A DNA stretch of 64,000 bases, from the NCBI RefSeq assembly GCF_009914755.1, contig NC_060939.1; one strand, 5' to 3'. The notes under the pieces were generated by a model. That model searched no databases. It was not told the DNA's origin and saw nothing but the letters and a program-made list of their open reading frames with translations. Of the stretch, positions 41,276 through 59,948 are shown piece by piece. Every line of letters starts with the position of its first letter. The stretch's first letter is position 1. This DNA comes from the human T2T-CHM13v2.0 reference genome, Homo sapiens. A program made the translations under genes and the position numbers.

Positions 41276-43369
41276 GAAGAGAAAGAAAGAGATGAAGGAA
41301 GAGTGAGAGAACTAAGAGGGCGGGTGGCTGGAGGGGGATGGGCAGGAGGGGCGCAGGAGGGAGCAGTCAGACCTCCAGTTTGCAGGAGACTGAGCAGGCC
41401 TAGCCCAGGGCCCTGGCTGTCGTGATGGAGGAGGGGACCTCCAGGTGACCCACAAAAGAGGCTGAGTCACAGGCCTTGTTCTTAACTGAAAACATGGGCT
41501 GAGGGAGAGCAGAGAGTTGAAATGGCTGGAGGAGCAGCAGTGGGTGTTGGAGAGGCTGTGACCCCTGTTTTGGAGTTTGAGGGGTCTGGGGGATGGCCGT
41601 ACAATGCAGAGGAGTGTTCTGGACAGAAGCTTAAATGTTGGGAATCACCGGCACCGGGAACCAAGAGGGTGCACCCTGCCCAGGAAAGGTTAGACTACCA
41701 GGCTGGGAGGTCCCAAGAAACCCTAGGTGTCACTTAGGGGAGAGGGTGCTGTAACTCAGGCTCACCCCCACTCAGCCCGGGCTGGCAATGGCTGGCTGGA
41801 GAGCCAGAGGGTAGGAGATGTGGGGCTCTCAGGTTTCACAGCTCTCATTTCTCCCACCCCGCCTGGCAGGGTCTAGCTAGGCTCTGGCAAAGAATCAGAA
41901 CATAACACTGGGACTGGCTCCGATGAGTAACCCAATGCCAGGCTGGTTGGAGTGGGAACCTGGGCTCCCCACCCCCATGAAGCTACTCCTCACTTCTGAG
42001 CATGGCTTGCCTGCTTGCCCCTGCCCACTCCCAAGCCTTTATCCACGCTGTCCCCTCCACCTGGAATGCCTCCTCTGGGCCCCACTGGGCAAAACCCGAC
42101 CTATCTTCCCAAGGCCTGCTCAAGTGCTGTATCGTTTCTGGACTTTGTCCCCCTTCCCTGCTGGCCTCCCACTGCCCACTAGTGCCCTTCCCTAGAACAC
42201 ACTCCACCACCTGCCTCTATCACAAGGGCCACACACTGGAGGTGAGAGTCTGTCTCTGAGTGTCTGAGACTGAGTGCCTTGGGAACAAAAAGCACACATG
42301 GCCCAGCCCAGCCCACTCCCAACTAAAGAAGTGAGCCTAGGAGTCAAGATTCGAAATCCTGTGTGAGCCCTGAATGGCTCCTCAGCCTCTGTTTACACGT
42401 CTGTAAAATGGGCTAATAATCCACCTCACTGTGATGATCAAGTGAGTTGATGCGTAGAGGGCATCAATTACTGTGCCTGGTACACAGCAGGTGCTCCATA
42501 AATGCGTCTCCCCTCTTCCTTCCCAGGGCCTCACCTGGGGAGCTGAGAAATCCATTACTGACAACTAGGGCTTCTAGGAGGAGAAGGGGCCTTTGTTTTA
42601 CCTTCACCCACATCAGAGGACCCACACTTCACACCTGCTTTCCTTCACAGCCAAAGTAAGCACTGATGAAGGCAACAAGTGCCTATGGAGACCCTGTTGG
42701 TGTTCCTCCTGCCCAGTTACACAGGCCACAACACAATCCTGCCCCCTCCGCCTGGGGAGTCAGGGGAGAGGCATCAGATGTGGGACTTGAAGGGTGAAAG
42801 AGATCCTCTGGAGGGGGGAAAGGCATCCAGGCCCAGGAAATGGCATGGGCAGAGGGAGAGAGGGAGGGAGGAATGAGCCTGGTGAGCTGGAGCAACTGCA
42901 AATGGTTTTAAGGCGGCTGCCATGCAGAGGGCAGGGAAGGGACCTGGGGAGACTGAGGCTGCAGAGATAAGCTGAGCAATTGGCCAGGGCTCCGGGTAAG
43001 CCAAGGGGTTGGGCTTCATCCTGCAACCACAGCGAAGTTTTTACCTGGGTGGGACGGTATTGGGATTCCAGATCTGGAAAGCTGGCTCTGGAGGCAGGAA
43101 AACCTAGAAAGGTCTAAGGAGGTGGCTACTGAGGGCCTAAGGGAGCTGGGAGAGGTGGCCCTGGAAGGCTGCTACCGGGCTTGCGTTCTTGCTCCAGTTA
43201 TCTCCATGCTGGGGTCAGAAGGAGCGAACCCCAGCCGATAAACAAGACAGTCCCAAGGGAAGACTGCATGTGGGGACTGATGCACCCCACTCCTAGACCA
43301 GACAGGACGCCAGCTCTCATTTCTGCTTTACAGAGACTCGCTCTCCTGGGCTCCTTCCTGGGGCTGGGG

Positions 43370-44520
43370 GGCAGGGAGCGGGGAGGGCGGTCCTCCGTCC
43401 AGCCTAGTTTACTGACTCCCTCTCCGGGCCAGATGGGCGCTGGAATGGGTGGCTGGAGAGGGGTTCGGGTCCTGCCTAGGGCGAGAGTAGCTGGAGAGAG
43501 GCGCGCCTGAGAGGTTCTTCCAACTGGAAAGAGCTCTTATTCCACCGGTGGGGAAACTGAGGCACGGCGAGGGGAAGTCACCGGCCCAAGGTCACGCGTC
43601 GAGCTGAAGGCAGAGGCAGGGTTTGAACCTGGGAGAGCTGGCTCTCGGGAGGCCTCGGCCAGCGACCGAGAAAAGGGAGGGGCGGCGGGGCGGCGGGGCC
43701 TGTGTTGGGGGCCGGGCGCGCCGAGCTCACCTGGTAGTTGTCTAGCTGCTCTTCGGTGAAGATGGTCTGCTTGTTCCCCATGGTGGCCGCCGCGCCGCCG
43801 CTCGCCCGCCCGGGCTCCGACTCCCATCAGCGGCCGCCAGACCCGGAGCCAGCGCCCCGTGCCCGCGGCCCTCGGCAGCCCCGCGGCTGGCAGCGGCCCA
43901 CGGTGGCCGGACCCTTCCCGCCCCGCAGCTCGCCTGGAGGAGGCGCGCGGGGGTCTCGGAGGCGGGGACGGGAACCCGGAGCGGCAGCGACTCCGCCGCC
44001 GGCGGGAAGAGGGCGGGGCACCCGGCTCCGCGGCTGCAGCGCGCCCGGGTCCCGGCAGGAGGCGACCTGGCCCCGGGAGACGCTGCCCGGCACGAACCCT
44101 TGGCTCCCGCGGCCGGAAGTGCTGGGGGCGCGCGGGGGTCTCGGAGGCGGGGACAAAGACCCGGAGCGGCGGCGACTCCGCCCCGCAGCAGGAAGAGGTG
44201 TGAGCCCGGGTCCCGCCGTGGGAGTCCAGGTCGCACGGCGTGAGGGTGCGGGGCCTGGGAAAAAACCCTCTCGAGGCGGGCAGTGGGGCGAGTGGCGCCC
44301 CTTGACCTGGGGCGGGGGCGGCAGCGAGGACTGTGAGTGCGTGGATCTAGCTGGGGCCGGGCTCCGCCACCGTCTCGCGTCGCGACCTTGGTCAAGCCCT
44401 TACCCGGGCCCTGTCCCTCTGGGGAGAAGGAGGGGGTCAGTCAAGCTGACATCTGAGGCCCTCCCGGCCAGGCCTCGGGAAGCCCATCTGGCCTTTGGGC
44501 GCGGCCTAGGCAGGGCATCT
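43370..44520. promoter_or_regulatory. CpG island / CIB2 promoter, probably bidirectional
   Basis: Very GC- and CpG-dense; GGGCGG boxes; ETS motif CCGGAAGT at 44113-44120. Confidence 0.9.
43731..43781 (-). CDS. CIB2: Calcium and integrin-binding family member 2, coding exon 1 (MGNKQTIFTEEQLDNYQ)
   Basis: Perfect Kozak GCCACCATGG; MGxxxT myristoylation motif; donor CAG|GTGAGC; 51 nt, phase 0. Confidence 0.97.
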
Positions 44521-44669
44521 CAGACCTTCTGTGTTCCTTAGGGAGCAGGACAGGATTTACTTGGCTTGGTTACAAACGTGAGACTTGAGAGGATTTAAAG
44601 GACTTGACTGTGTCCACAGAAGTGTGACAAAGGCCAAGACATTTTTTGGAGCTTTTAAGCAGATGCCAT

Positions 44670-45422
44670 TGTAAGGGAAGCAGGACTTTACCTCTGCCCT
44701 CCTAGGGTCTTTGGCTGGGCTTGAGAATTAATTTGGCATAAGACAGATTAAGGGGAGAAAAACAGATTTAATACAAGTTTTACATGACGTGGAAGCCCTC
44801 ATAAGGAAATGAAGACCCTGAGAACTGGCAAAATCTAAATACTTTTTTTTTTTTTTGAGATGGAGTCTCCCTCTGTCGCCCAGGCTGGAGTGCAGTAGCG
44901 CGATCTTGGCTCGCTACAACCTCCGCCTCCTGGGTTCAAGCGATTCTTCTGCCTCAGCCTCCCCTAGTAGGTGGGACTACAGGGGCATGCCACCACACCC
45001 AGCTAATTTTTTTTTGTATTTTTAGTAGAGAGAGGTTTCACCATGTTGGCTGGGCTGGTCTCGAAATCTTGACCTCAGGTGATCCACCTGCCTCAGCCTC
45101 CCGAAGTGCTAGGATTAGAGGCCTGAGTCACCACGCCCGGCCAATTATTGTATTTTTTTTGTAGAGATGGGGTTTTGCCGTGTTGCCCAGGCTGGTTTTG
45201 AATTCCCAGGCTCGAGCAATCCACCCACTTTGGCTTCTCACCCAAAGTGCTGGGATTATAGGATGTGAGCCATCATGCCCGGCCTCATCTCCTGTTTTTT
45301 AGAAAAAGAAGGATGATCAAGAGTGCCCTTCTTGCATCTGCTATTTTTCAAGTGCCTTTAACTCAAATACTCAATATGCCAGAGCAGCATATGTTGTGGT
45401 GGCATGTTCTGAACTCCTTCCC
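44670..45422. mobile_element. ERV1-class LTR relic (MER34/MER39-like) interrupted by antisense Alus (about 44843-45284)
   Basis: CATAAGACAGATTAA..AGGAAATGAAGACC and CTCAAATACTCAATATGCCA blocks. Confidence 0.55.
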
Positions 45423-46766
45423 CATCCACCAAATGGAGTCACCGCTATCTTTTTGGGGTCCAGCCCATACAACTGTTATTTCTAAACTCAGGACAACTGA
45501 ATCAGTAGGTATTATCTCCATATTATAGGCAAAGAGTTGGGCTGAGAGAGGTTCAGTAACTTGCCCAGGGTCCCACAGCTGGGAATTAGTAGAACCTGGA
45601 CTGGACCCAGGCACTGGCTCAACATACCATTCCACAACTGCCAGTGGACTTTGAAGAGATCAGGATTTTTTTTTATTTATATATATAAAAAAAAATAGAG
45701 ATGGAGTCTCACTATGTTGTCCAGGCTGGTCTCCAACTCCCAGGTTCAAGTGATCCTTCTGCCTTGGCCTCCCAAAGTACTAGGATTACAGGCGTGAGCC
45801 ACCATGCCTGGGCGAGATCAAGACTTTATGCTTTAAAATGCGTGGTTTGTTACTTTAGGATAGTGGTTCTGAAACCACCTGGGAGCATGTATCAAAATTA
45901 CTTGGGAGGCTGCACCCCTAGATTTTCTGATTTAGAAGGTCTGGGGTGGCTAAGAATGTGGGTATCGAAAGGGTTCCTGGGTGACACTGATGCAGCTGGT
46001 CTTGGAACCATACTTTGAGAGTGCTTAGGCTGCTGAAGCTTGTGGGTTCTGATGGGAACAGGGCTTCAAGTTTGGCAGATGATCCCTCATGCTTTTAGTT
46101 TTCTTTTATATCTGAGGCTACTGGTTGGGGTTTTCCAACCTTATTTTGCCACTCCCTGGTGAGAACAGCAGCCATCAGCTAAACAGACATGTCACCCTGT
46201 TAAAATCACAAGAGTCTTCAGAGGCACCATCAATTGCTATCAGAGGGGTAAGAAGCAATTCATTAGCCTGGGGATTGGTGACCAGCCTTCAGGGGTCACC
46301 TCACCATCTTTTCATCATTGTGGACACATGCAATAGGGGCCTAACCCATGGGAAAGAAGGCAGGATGTGTCCCCAGAGATTCGGAGCATGTGGAATTTTA
46401 GAGCAGAGAAGGCACATTTAAAAGATTCTCTCTTCTGTACCTCCCCTTTTTCCTGTGTTGGAGTTGGGGAAAAGGAAACCCTTTTGAAACCACATAACCA
46501 CTATTACACAAGTTTTCCTTCTTCCCATCTTATTAGATTCCACACTGTGCATGAACAAGCCAGAATTCTGTGTGTTCAGATCCTGCTCTGGCGCATTCTT
46601 GTACAATTGCTAACATGCTGCTTATTTGCATACCAGGTGTTCCAGGTAGAAAATCTGGAACCTATACAAAGAGGACTGTGTTTTCAGTCCCGGGAGCCCT
46701 TCCTCTCATAGGAGAGAAATAGAGGTAACCAACTGAACTAGAAAATTCCTCTCAAAAATCCTTTTA

Positions 46767-47062
<296 letters not shown>

Positions 47063-47559
47063 ATCTTTTTGGATCATTATTACCATGGCCTATCTGAAGC
47101 TCTCTCTCTTGAGCAATGCTGTGAGGAGGGGCAAGGAACACAATTCCCATGTTACAGATAAGAAACCTGGGGCTCAGAGAGGCCAAATGACTTGCCTGAT
47201 GCCCCCCAGCTGGGAAGTGGCAAAGCAAAGCTCTAACGTCGTTCTCTGATTCCAAATCCTGTGCTTTAGCTGCTCCCTGATGTTGAGTGTGGTCCCTGAG
47301 GAGCAGAGTGTGTGTGTTTGCTGGGAGGGAGGATGGGCCGAGGGAGAAGAATAAAACATTACTGATTACTTATCTAGTGCCCAGAATTGTACTGGATGTG
47401 CTATATTTACTGAATTTGATTATTCCACAATAGCCTCCTCAGTCTGTGGAGTTTCATATTATTATCCCATTTCACAGGTGAAGAAATAGTTTCAGAGAAG
47501 GTGACTTGCCCAAGGTCACATAGCTGGTAACAGGTAGATTTAAATCTGGGCCCTGACTC

Positions 47560-47842
47560 TTTTCTTTTCTTTTTTCTTTTTTTTTTTTTTGAGACAGTCT
47601 TACTCTGTCGCCCAGGGGCATGATCTCAGCTCACTGCAACCTCTGCCTCCCGGGTTTAAGTGATTCTTCTGCCTCAGCCTCCTGAGTAGCTGGGACTACA
47701 GGTGGGAGCCACCACACCCAGCTAATTTTTGTATTTTTAATAGAGACGGTGTTTCACCATGTTGGCCAGGCTGGTCTCGAACTCCTGACCTCCTCAGCCT
47801 CCCAAAGTTGGGATTACAGGCATGAGCCACCGTGCCCTGCCG
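47560..47842 (-). mobile_element. Alu with internal deletions
   Basis: Antisense Alu. Confidence 0.9.
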
Positions 47843-48051
47843 GACTCTTCTCTTGATCACACAGTCTAGGACAGGGAAACGTGGTTACCAGTGTTTAAAG
47901 GGGGCTGACTCCTTGTCAATTGCAGTCTTGTAAATAATGTAAAAGGAAAAGGCAGCAGGGGTGCCAGATACTCATTAAATGTTAGCTTATTTTTTTTCAT
48001 TTCTGATTCACACAATGAAGTTTATTTTAAAATTTGGAAGGAAAACAGGAA

Positions 48052-48181
48052 TAAATGCTACCAAGTGCTTCTTTGGGATGAGAGGTCATCTTGACCTGCT
48101 GCCCAAGTGCTCGTTTGTGATGATGATGCACTTTGTGATCAAGATGACCTCTCATCCCAGAGAAGCACTTGGTAGCATTTA
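48052..48181. repeat. Inverted repeat: 43-bp arms (42/43 match), 44-nt spacer
   Basis: 48052-48094 is the reverse complement of 48139-48181 except T48073/G48160. Confidence 0.97.
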
Positions 48182-48224
48182 CTGCAGAACAACTCAATCT
48201 GCAAGTTGTTCTTCTAAGACTTAG

Positions 48225-48513
<289 letters not shown>

Positions 48514-48852
48514 GAATCTAGGTAGATCTTAATGACAGAGATGGAAGATCCCTGGGCCCAAGGTCTGGGTGGGACCATCTCTTAAAGTAAACGAAGCCTG
48601 CAGCCTGTCTTCTAGCAGCTCTGTGGGCCCTGTGAGTCATTCCCCAGTCCTCCACTCAAATCCTTTACTATCCCACCTCTACTTTTTATCAGCTCAGGAC
48701 CCCACCTGCTATCTTGGCTCATGGGAATCTTCTCTATCTTAGGGGCAATTCAAATCTTACTCTTATCTTTACCTATAAAGCATTGTCATCTTGGCGTCTT
48801 CCCTGACATGGCTGTGATTTATAGTGTGTGAGCAGTTACTAGGTCTGCCTCA

Positions 48853-48898
48853 GTCTCTCTCTCTTTCTCTCTCTCTCCCTCTCTCTCTCACACACACA
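48853..48898 (+). repeat. (CT)n(CA)n compound microsatellite
   Basis: Read directly. Confidence 0.85.
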
Positions 48899-49971
48899 TA
48901 CCCTGCAACCCCTTGTTTAACCTGGCCTATATCCTAGCACTGAACAGCTTGTCTCTGTTTCTCTAGCATTTTGCACATAGTAGGTTCTTAATGAGTATTT
49001 GGTGGATAAATAAATACACACCCTGGGACTGTTTTTTTTTTTGTCCTGAGGAGGGTTATTTTTCCCTCTCAAACACTAAGAAACAGGAGGGCTGGGACCA
49101 GGGCTGGGACCACATGTTCGTCTGTATCCCCAGACACAGAGGAATCTCCCAGGGTCTAGCACATGGTCTTAGCAAATGTAAAATCAACACCCTTTAAAAG
49201 AGTACATTTTCCTGGACCTGTTCATACATTTAATCAACTAGATCCCCAAATATTCTGACTTGAAAAAGATTTTCTTACTGGAGGATTTAGTGACCAGTCG
49301 TTTAGCGCAGAGCCAACAGAATGAAACCCCTTTCTCTCTTCCGGGAGACTGACCTGCCCTAGAGCCTTCCCCAGAAGCTACTCTGGATGTGAGAAGTTAC
49401 TGGATGGCTCAAATGGGACCCCAGCTGGATGGCGACTGTCCTGTTGTTGAGGGAGGAGGGGGTCAATTTCCTCCACAAATCTGCTTCTTCTGGATCGTGT
49501 CCCACCCACCTCTTGGATGCCTTTGACATCTTTGGAGGCACCCTTGATTTCTCTCCTTTCCTCAGACCCCTCAGTCCATTAGCACAGCCAGTCATATCTA
49601 GAAGCCAGCCACTTCTTAGCACTCCATTGCTATCACTGTGGTCCACGCCCCCCTCACCTCTCTCCTGTTATGGCCGTATCTATCATGAAATGACCTAAAC
49701 CAATTCATCCACAACTAGGTTCATTTTACTGCAGATCTCAGTAATCTCCAGTAATGAGTGGTAGGTAGGGGTGTTGTGTTTCCTTCCACAAACCTTGCTA
49801 TGAGGGGGTCTGAGGCAAGCAAGTCTCAGACTGAAGTCCACACCTTGTACCATCACTTATCAGCAAGCAGGTCCCCAACAGTCATATAACCTTCTCTATG
49901 AGCTCAATGAAGGCCTAGCTCCCTGACCTTTTGCATATTTCAATAAACTTTCCTCTTGAAAGATTTAGTTC

Positions 49972-51728
<1,757 letters not shown>

Positions 51729-52153
51729 TAAGAACAGGCTGCTTTCATCATCAAGAGGAGCTCTTCATCACACTTAAGGTGGTTCTGCAAGACCTCTGGG
51801 AGAATCCCAGTGAGCTGGGGTCCCTGTGTCTGTAGAGGCCTGGCATCATGGTTTACACAAAAGGAACAAAAGAAACTACCTGGGAATCCCTTAACCCTTC
51901 CCAAGCTCTATCAACTCAGGTCACATTGATGTCTCTGAAGCATCTTGTCATAATATGAACTGTCTTCCAGAGCTATCTTTGTGGCTCTCCCAGGCTACTA
52001 TGGGTTCCTCAGAGGCAGGCCCTGAATGATTAGATGTTCATTTCTGTGTTTGGAGGATTGTTGGGAAGTTTGTGTAGGGAGGGTTCTCATTTAATCAGTT
52101 TCCCTGCATCTTCTGATCTGATCAGCCCAGGAGAATGGGAGCTTCAGCAGGTC

Positions 52154-52523
52154 TGTGTGACCGCAACCATTCTTGTGTTGCTATAAAGAAATACCTGAGA
52201 CTGGGTAATTTATAAAGAGGTTTAATTGGTTCATGGTTCTGCAGGCTGTGCAGGAAACATGGCTTCTGATGAGGCCTCAGGAAGCTTTTATTCTCGGCAG
52301 AAGGTGAAACAGGAGCTTGCGTAACACAGGTGGAAAGCAGGAGCAAGGGGGAGGTGCCATACACTTTTAAATGACCAGATCGCACTATAACTCACTATCA
52401 CAAAGACAGCACCAAGCCATGGGGGACCTGGCCCCAAACACCTTCCACCAGGCCCCACCTCTAGCATTGGGGATTACACTTCAACATGAGATTTGGGCGG
52501 GGACAAATATCCAAAGTATATCA
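52154..52523 (-). mobile_element. MST-family solo LTR (ERVL-MaLR)
   Basis: GCTATAAAGAAATACCTGAGACTGGGTAATTTATAAAG...CAAATATCCAAAGTATATCA; TSD AGGTC/AAGTC. Confidence 0.88.
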
Positions 52524-53518
52524 AAGTCTTTTGTCATTCTATTAGCTTCAGCTTACTCAAACATCTTTAAAGATGTTATAAGGTGTCACATTAATCAGAG
52601 AGTCTTCTGAATTCTCCGTGGGAGTGTTAATAACTCCATTTTACAGGTGAGAGAATGGAAGGTCAAATTCACACATCTGGAGAGTGTCAATGTGAGAACT
52701 GGGACCCAGGTTTGCCTGGAGGATCTTCCACTATTGCCCTGGCACCTATACTGAGAATAAATGTTGTCCCTTTGAAAGGGGCAGCTAGTTCCTTTGTTCA
52801 CCCCAGAGACTATGAGAATAGGCTTTCAAGTATTTACTCCATTAACCTTGCAGCCCAAGGCTCAGCTACTCCAGGAAGAGAGAGGGACTGGGAGTCAGTA
52901 TCTGCTTTGAGGGAAGTTTTATCACTTTTTATAGCAACCTCTGAACTTGACCCATGGACTTAGGCAGATAGAGCAAAGCCAGTCCCTGCAGTATAAACAG
53001 ATGGGAGATAAGTCAGGTCAATTTGATTTGATCAACACCCCTGATTGCATTTATTTCCTTATTTCTAGGCTGGCTCCAGAGATGCTATCCCCAAATGGGC
53101 CTCTGGAGGACAAATCTTTTGGTGAACATTCATTAAGCAAAATAATGCACTTATGAGTAAAGCACATGGTGACTTGGATGGTGTGCCATTACCTCCCCAG
53201 GACAGAGTCCAAACTGCTTGCCATGATAGGTGCATGTGGTCTGGATCCTGCCTTTCCCCACTTCTTCCCACCTGGCCCTTTGTTCCTGGTATCCTTTCTG
53301 CCTGGCACTCCTTTTCCTTCCCTTCTTTCTGTTTGGAAAATTGGCCTCCCTTAAGTCTTGTCTGCTTGTAACAATCTCTGCTTTAACCCCCATGACACTC
53401 TCATCTCCCCTAGTTCTTGAGGTACCCCAGGCTTAGAGGACCCACAGACCCCGGAATCCATATTACAGCATTTGTTTCAGTGGATTGGGATCAACTGTTT
53501 GAATATTTACCCTCTAGA

Positions 53519-54660
53519 TCAGTGTTCGTATGGGAGGGATACTGCTCCCTAAGGAATGTTTTGAGCTGTATGGGTGTTTTGTGGATGCAATGACAAGAGG
53601 GTACTATTTCCACTTAGTGCCTGGGTTTTGGGGATGCTGATGTTCTGTAATGCCGGGACAATCCTGCCCACTGGAGAATGTCTCATGTCCTGCAGGACCT
53701 TGAGGAGATCAACCAGATACTCCTGTAGGAAACAAACCTGTTTATAATGACCTGAGCTTGGAACCCAACTCTGTTTTATAAATAAACTCCTTTTTGTGTG
53801 ATCTTAACATATGTTCAGTTATCCAGGAATGCAAATCAAGGGAAGACTAAAATTTACTTTGTTCAAAACTTTAACAAGACTCGATCACCATTTTGGAGGT
53901 AACATCGGAGATGGCAACGTGACTTGTGATTGAGAAAGAAGAAATTAACCCAGATGCCTGTGGCAACTAAGAATTTTGCTTGATGTGGCCTGGTGCAGCA
54001 GCTCATGCCTGTAATCCCAACACTTTAGGAGGCTGAGGCGGGAGGATTGCTTGAGCCCAGGAGTTCCAGACTAGCCTGAGCAACATAGCAAGACCCTATC
54101 TCTACAAAAAATTAAAAAGTTAGCTGGGAGTGGTGGCTCATGACTGCATTCCCAGCTACTTGGGAGGCTGAAGTAGGAGGATTGCTTGACCCTGTCTCAA
54201 AAAAAAGAAAGAAAAAGAATTTTGCTTGACCCCATACAACACACCTGTATTCATCTGCATTTGTGAACGTCACCATCACTGTGATTCATGGTCTATTAAC
54301 ATCTACTTTTTTAGCTCTTATTTTTAAATGTCAAAGATAAAAACTGTGGCCTGAATATTATCATACCTCTCTCAAATCCAAACTTACTTGTTATAAGTAG
54401 GTGCAAGCATGTGACTGCTTCATAATGTCTTTTAGAGTTTAGGCCTGAGCATTTATGTATTGAAACCCATTATTTTATTACAGTATTCCTTTTATTTCTC
54501 TTTCATATTACAGTAGCAGCATTATATTGATTTTGTTTTTTCATTATGTGTATAAGTGGTTTAGATTATCCATGAATTTCGTTTCAGTATGGTAAAGAGG
54601 ATATTCAAAATATTTGTTATAAAAAGGGAGCATCTGGCAGCATTGAGAACCACTCTAAGG
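53519..54660. mobile_element. MER20-like hAT-Charlie relic containing an Alu (about 53987-54217)
   Basis: Starts CAGTG, ends TTGAGAACCACT; Alu TSD AAGAATTTTGCTTGA. Confidence 0.5.
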
Positions 54661-56617
54661 TTCAGGAGGCAGGGACTTCGCCTCCCCTGGGTTACTCCAT
54701 TCTTCTTTGTGCCTAGCATAGGGCCTGGAATATCACAGATGCACAAAGAATCTTTTCTGAATGAGTGATGAAGGAATTGAGGCTGATACTCTGGTTTGGT
54801 AACCACCTAGGTATGTGATGAGGCCCTCTGCTGAGATGGGAACACAGGAGAGAGGGCAGGTTTTGGGGAGAGTAATGAGTTCAGTTTTCATTGTGAAAGT
54901 TTGGAGAGCCCTGGAATTTCTAGGTGGAGAGGCCTGAGGCCCAGGGCTGTGTGGGCCTTGATTTCTCTCAAGGCCACAGAAGAGTGGAAAGTGCAAAGTC
55001 GTAGTAACAGTTCATCTCTTTAGTCAGTAATCATTGCTGAGTCTCTCCATGCAGGATGAATAGACCAGTGAGAGCTGCCCATGAGGTGTCTCCCTCCTCC
55101 TGTGGTGATCTGTGTACCTGCCCAGGCCCTCAGAGGCTAGGAGCTCCTCCAAGGTAGGGGATAGAAATCCTTCATCTCTAGCCCCTCTGACTTCCTGCCC
55201 CATCCTGACATAGTAGGTGGCTCGGCAATGATAGCTGGAGGGACCACGCAGTAAAACCCATCTGTGGAAACACATGTATTCAGAGCAACTTTTTTTGGCC
55301 TGAAGTCACTGCAGTGGAACATTTGGGAGCAAGTTTCCCCAGGGCCCAGCTCCTTCCCGCTAGGCTCTGCCATGCCTCCTGTTTATTAACAGGGAGGCGT
55401 GACAAAGGGAAAAATCTCCTGATTGAAGACTCATCTCAGACATCTTTTCACTCCTCTAGGGAAGGGTGCAATTCTGGGCTTTAATGACATATGACGGGGC
55501 AGGCAGTAGAGGTGTTGCGCATTTTAGGCAATACATGTGCTGCTAGAAAGTTGAGGTATAGGGACTTTTTAGGAACACAATTTTTATTGACAAGTAACCT
55601 TTCAAGAACAATAAAGAAAATCAGAAAGAAAACCTATGTTCATAGCAGCATCATTCATAATAGCGAAAACAACTCAAATGGCCATCAACTGACGAACGTA
55701 TGAATAAAATGTGGTCTATTCATGTGATGGAATATAACTTGACTGTCATGAGGAATGAAGGACTGATGCATGCTATGATATGGATAAGTCTTGAAAACAT
55801 CATGCTAAATGAAAGAAGCCAGACACAAGAGACCAGATATTTTATGACTCCGTTTATATGAAATGCCCAGAGTAGGTGAATACATTGGGATGTAAAAGAG
55901 ATTGGTGGTTGCCAGGGTCTGGGAGAGGGGAGATGGGGAGTGGCTGATGGAACAAGCCATATGGAAAAGCATTCCAGGCATTGGGAGCAGTAAGTGCAAA
56001 GGCCCTGCAGTGGGAGGAAGCATGGCCGATTAAAGAACAGCAAGGAGGTAGGTCGGCTTCAAGGGAGACAGTGGTGGGGGAGAAGCTCAGAGAGGGGCTA
56101 GCAGGACTAGACCCTTTAGGGCTTTATGGGGCACTGCCAGGGCATTGCCTTTTACTTGGAGAGAGACAGGATGTCGCTGGCAGCTTTGGGCAGAGAAGGA
56201 TGTATCTGTCTTATGTTTGAACACAATCCCTCTGGCAGGAGATGGATTTTAAGGGGTAGAAGTAGGGAAGCCAGTTTGGGGGCCACTGTGTTGGTTCAGG
56301 CAAGAGGTAACTCTGACTTGGACCCTGGTGGCAGCAGCTGCCAAGGGGAAAAGTGTCCAAAACTGAACCTATTTTGAAAACAGCTCATCTTCAGGCTTTT
56401 GGCCTCAGCAACTAGAAGGCTGGAGTTGAATTTTATTGGGTGGGGGAATTCTGTGGGAGGGAGCAGGTTTCCTTCTACTCTTTGTTCACATATAAAAAGA
56501 AGTTATAAGAGAACATAGATAATAGTTTAAATTTTTATTTTTTTCTGAACATTCAACCATAAACATTTATCAAGATGCTAAAGTCTTCATAATACTCACT
56601 TTAAAAATGTTTTTTTT

Positions 56618-59948
<3,331 letters not shown>

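Noticed and set aside
43738-44541. 267-aa (+) and 217-aa (-) ORFs over the CIB2 promoter
   Set aside because: Arg/Pro/Gly/Ala-rich; stop codons are scarce in CpG islands; no domain recognised
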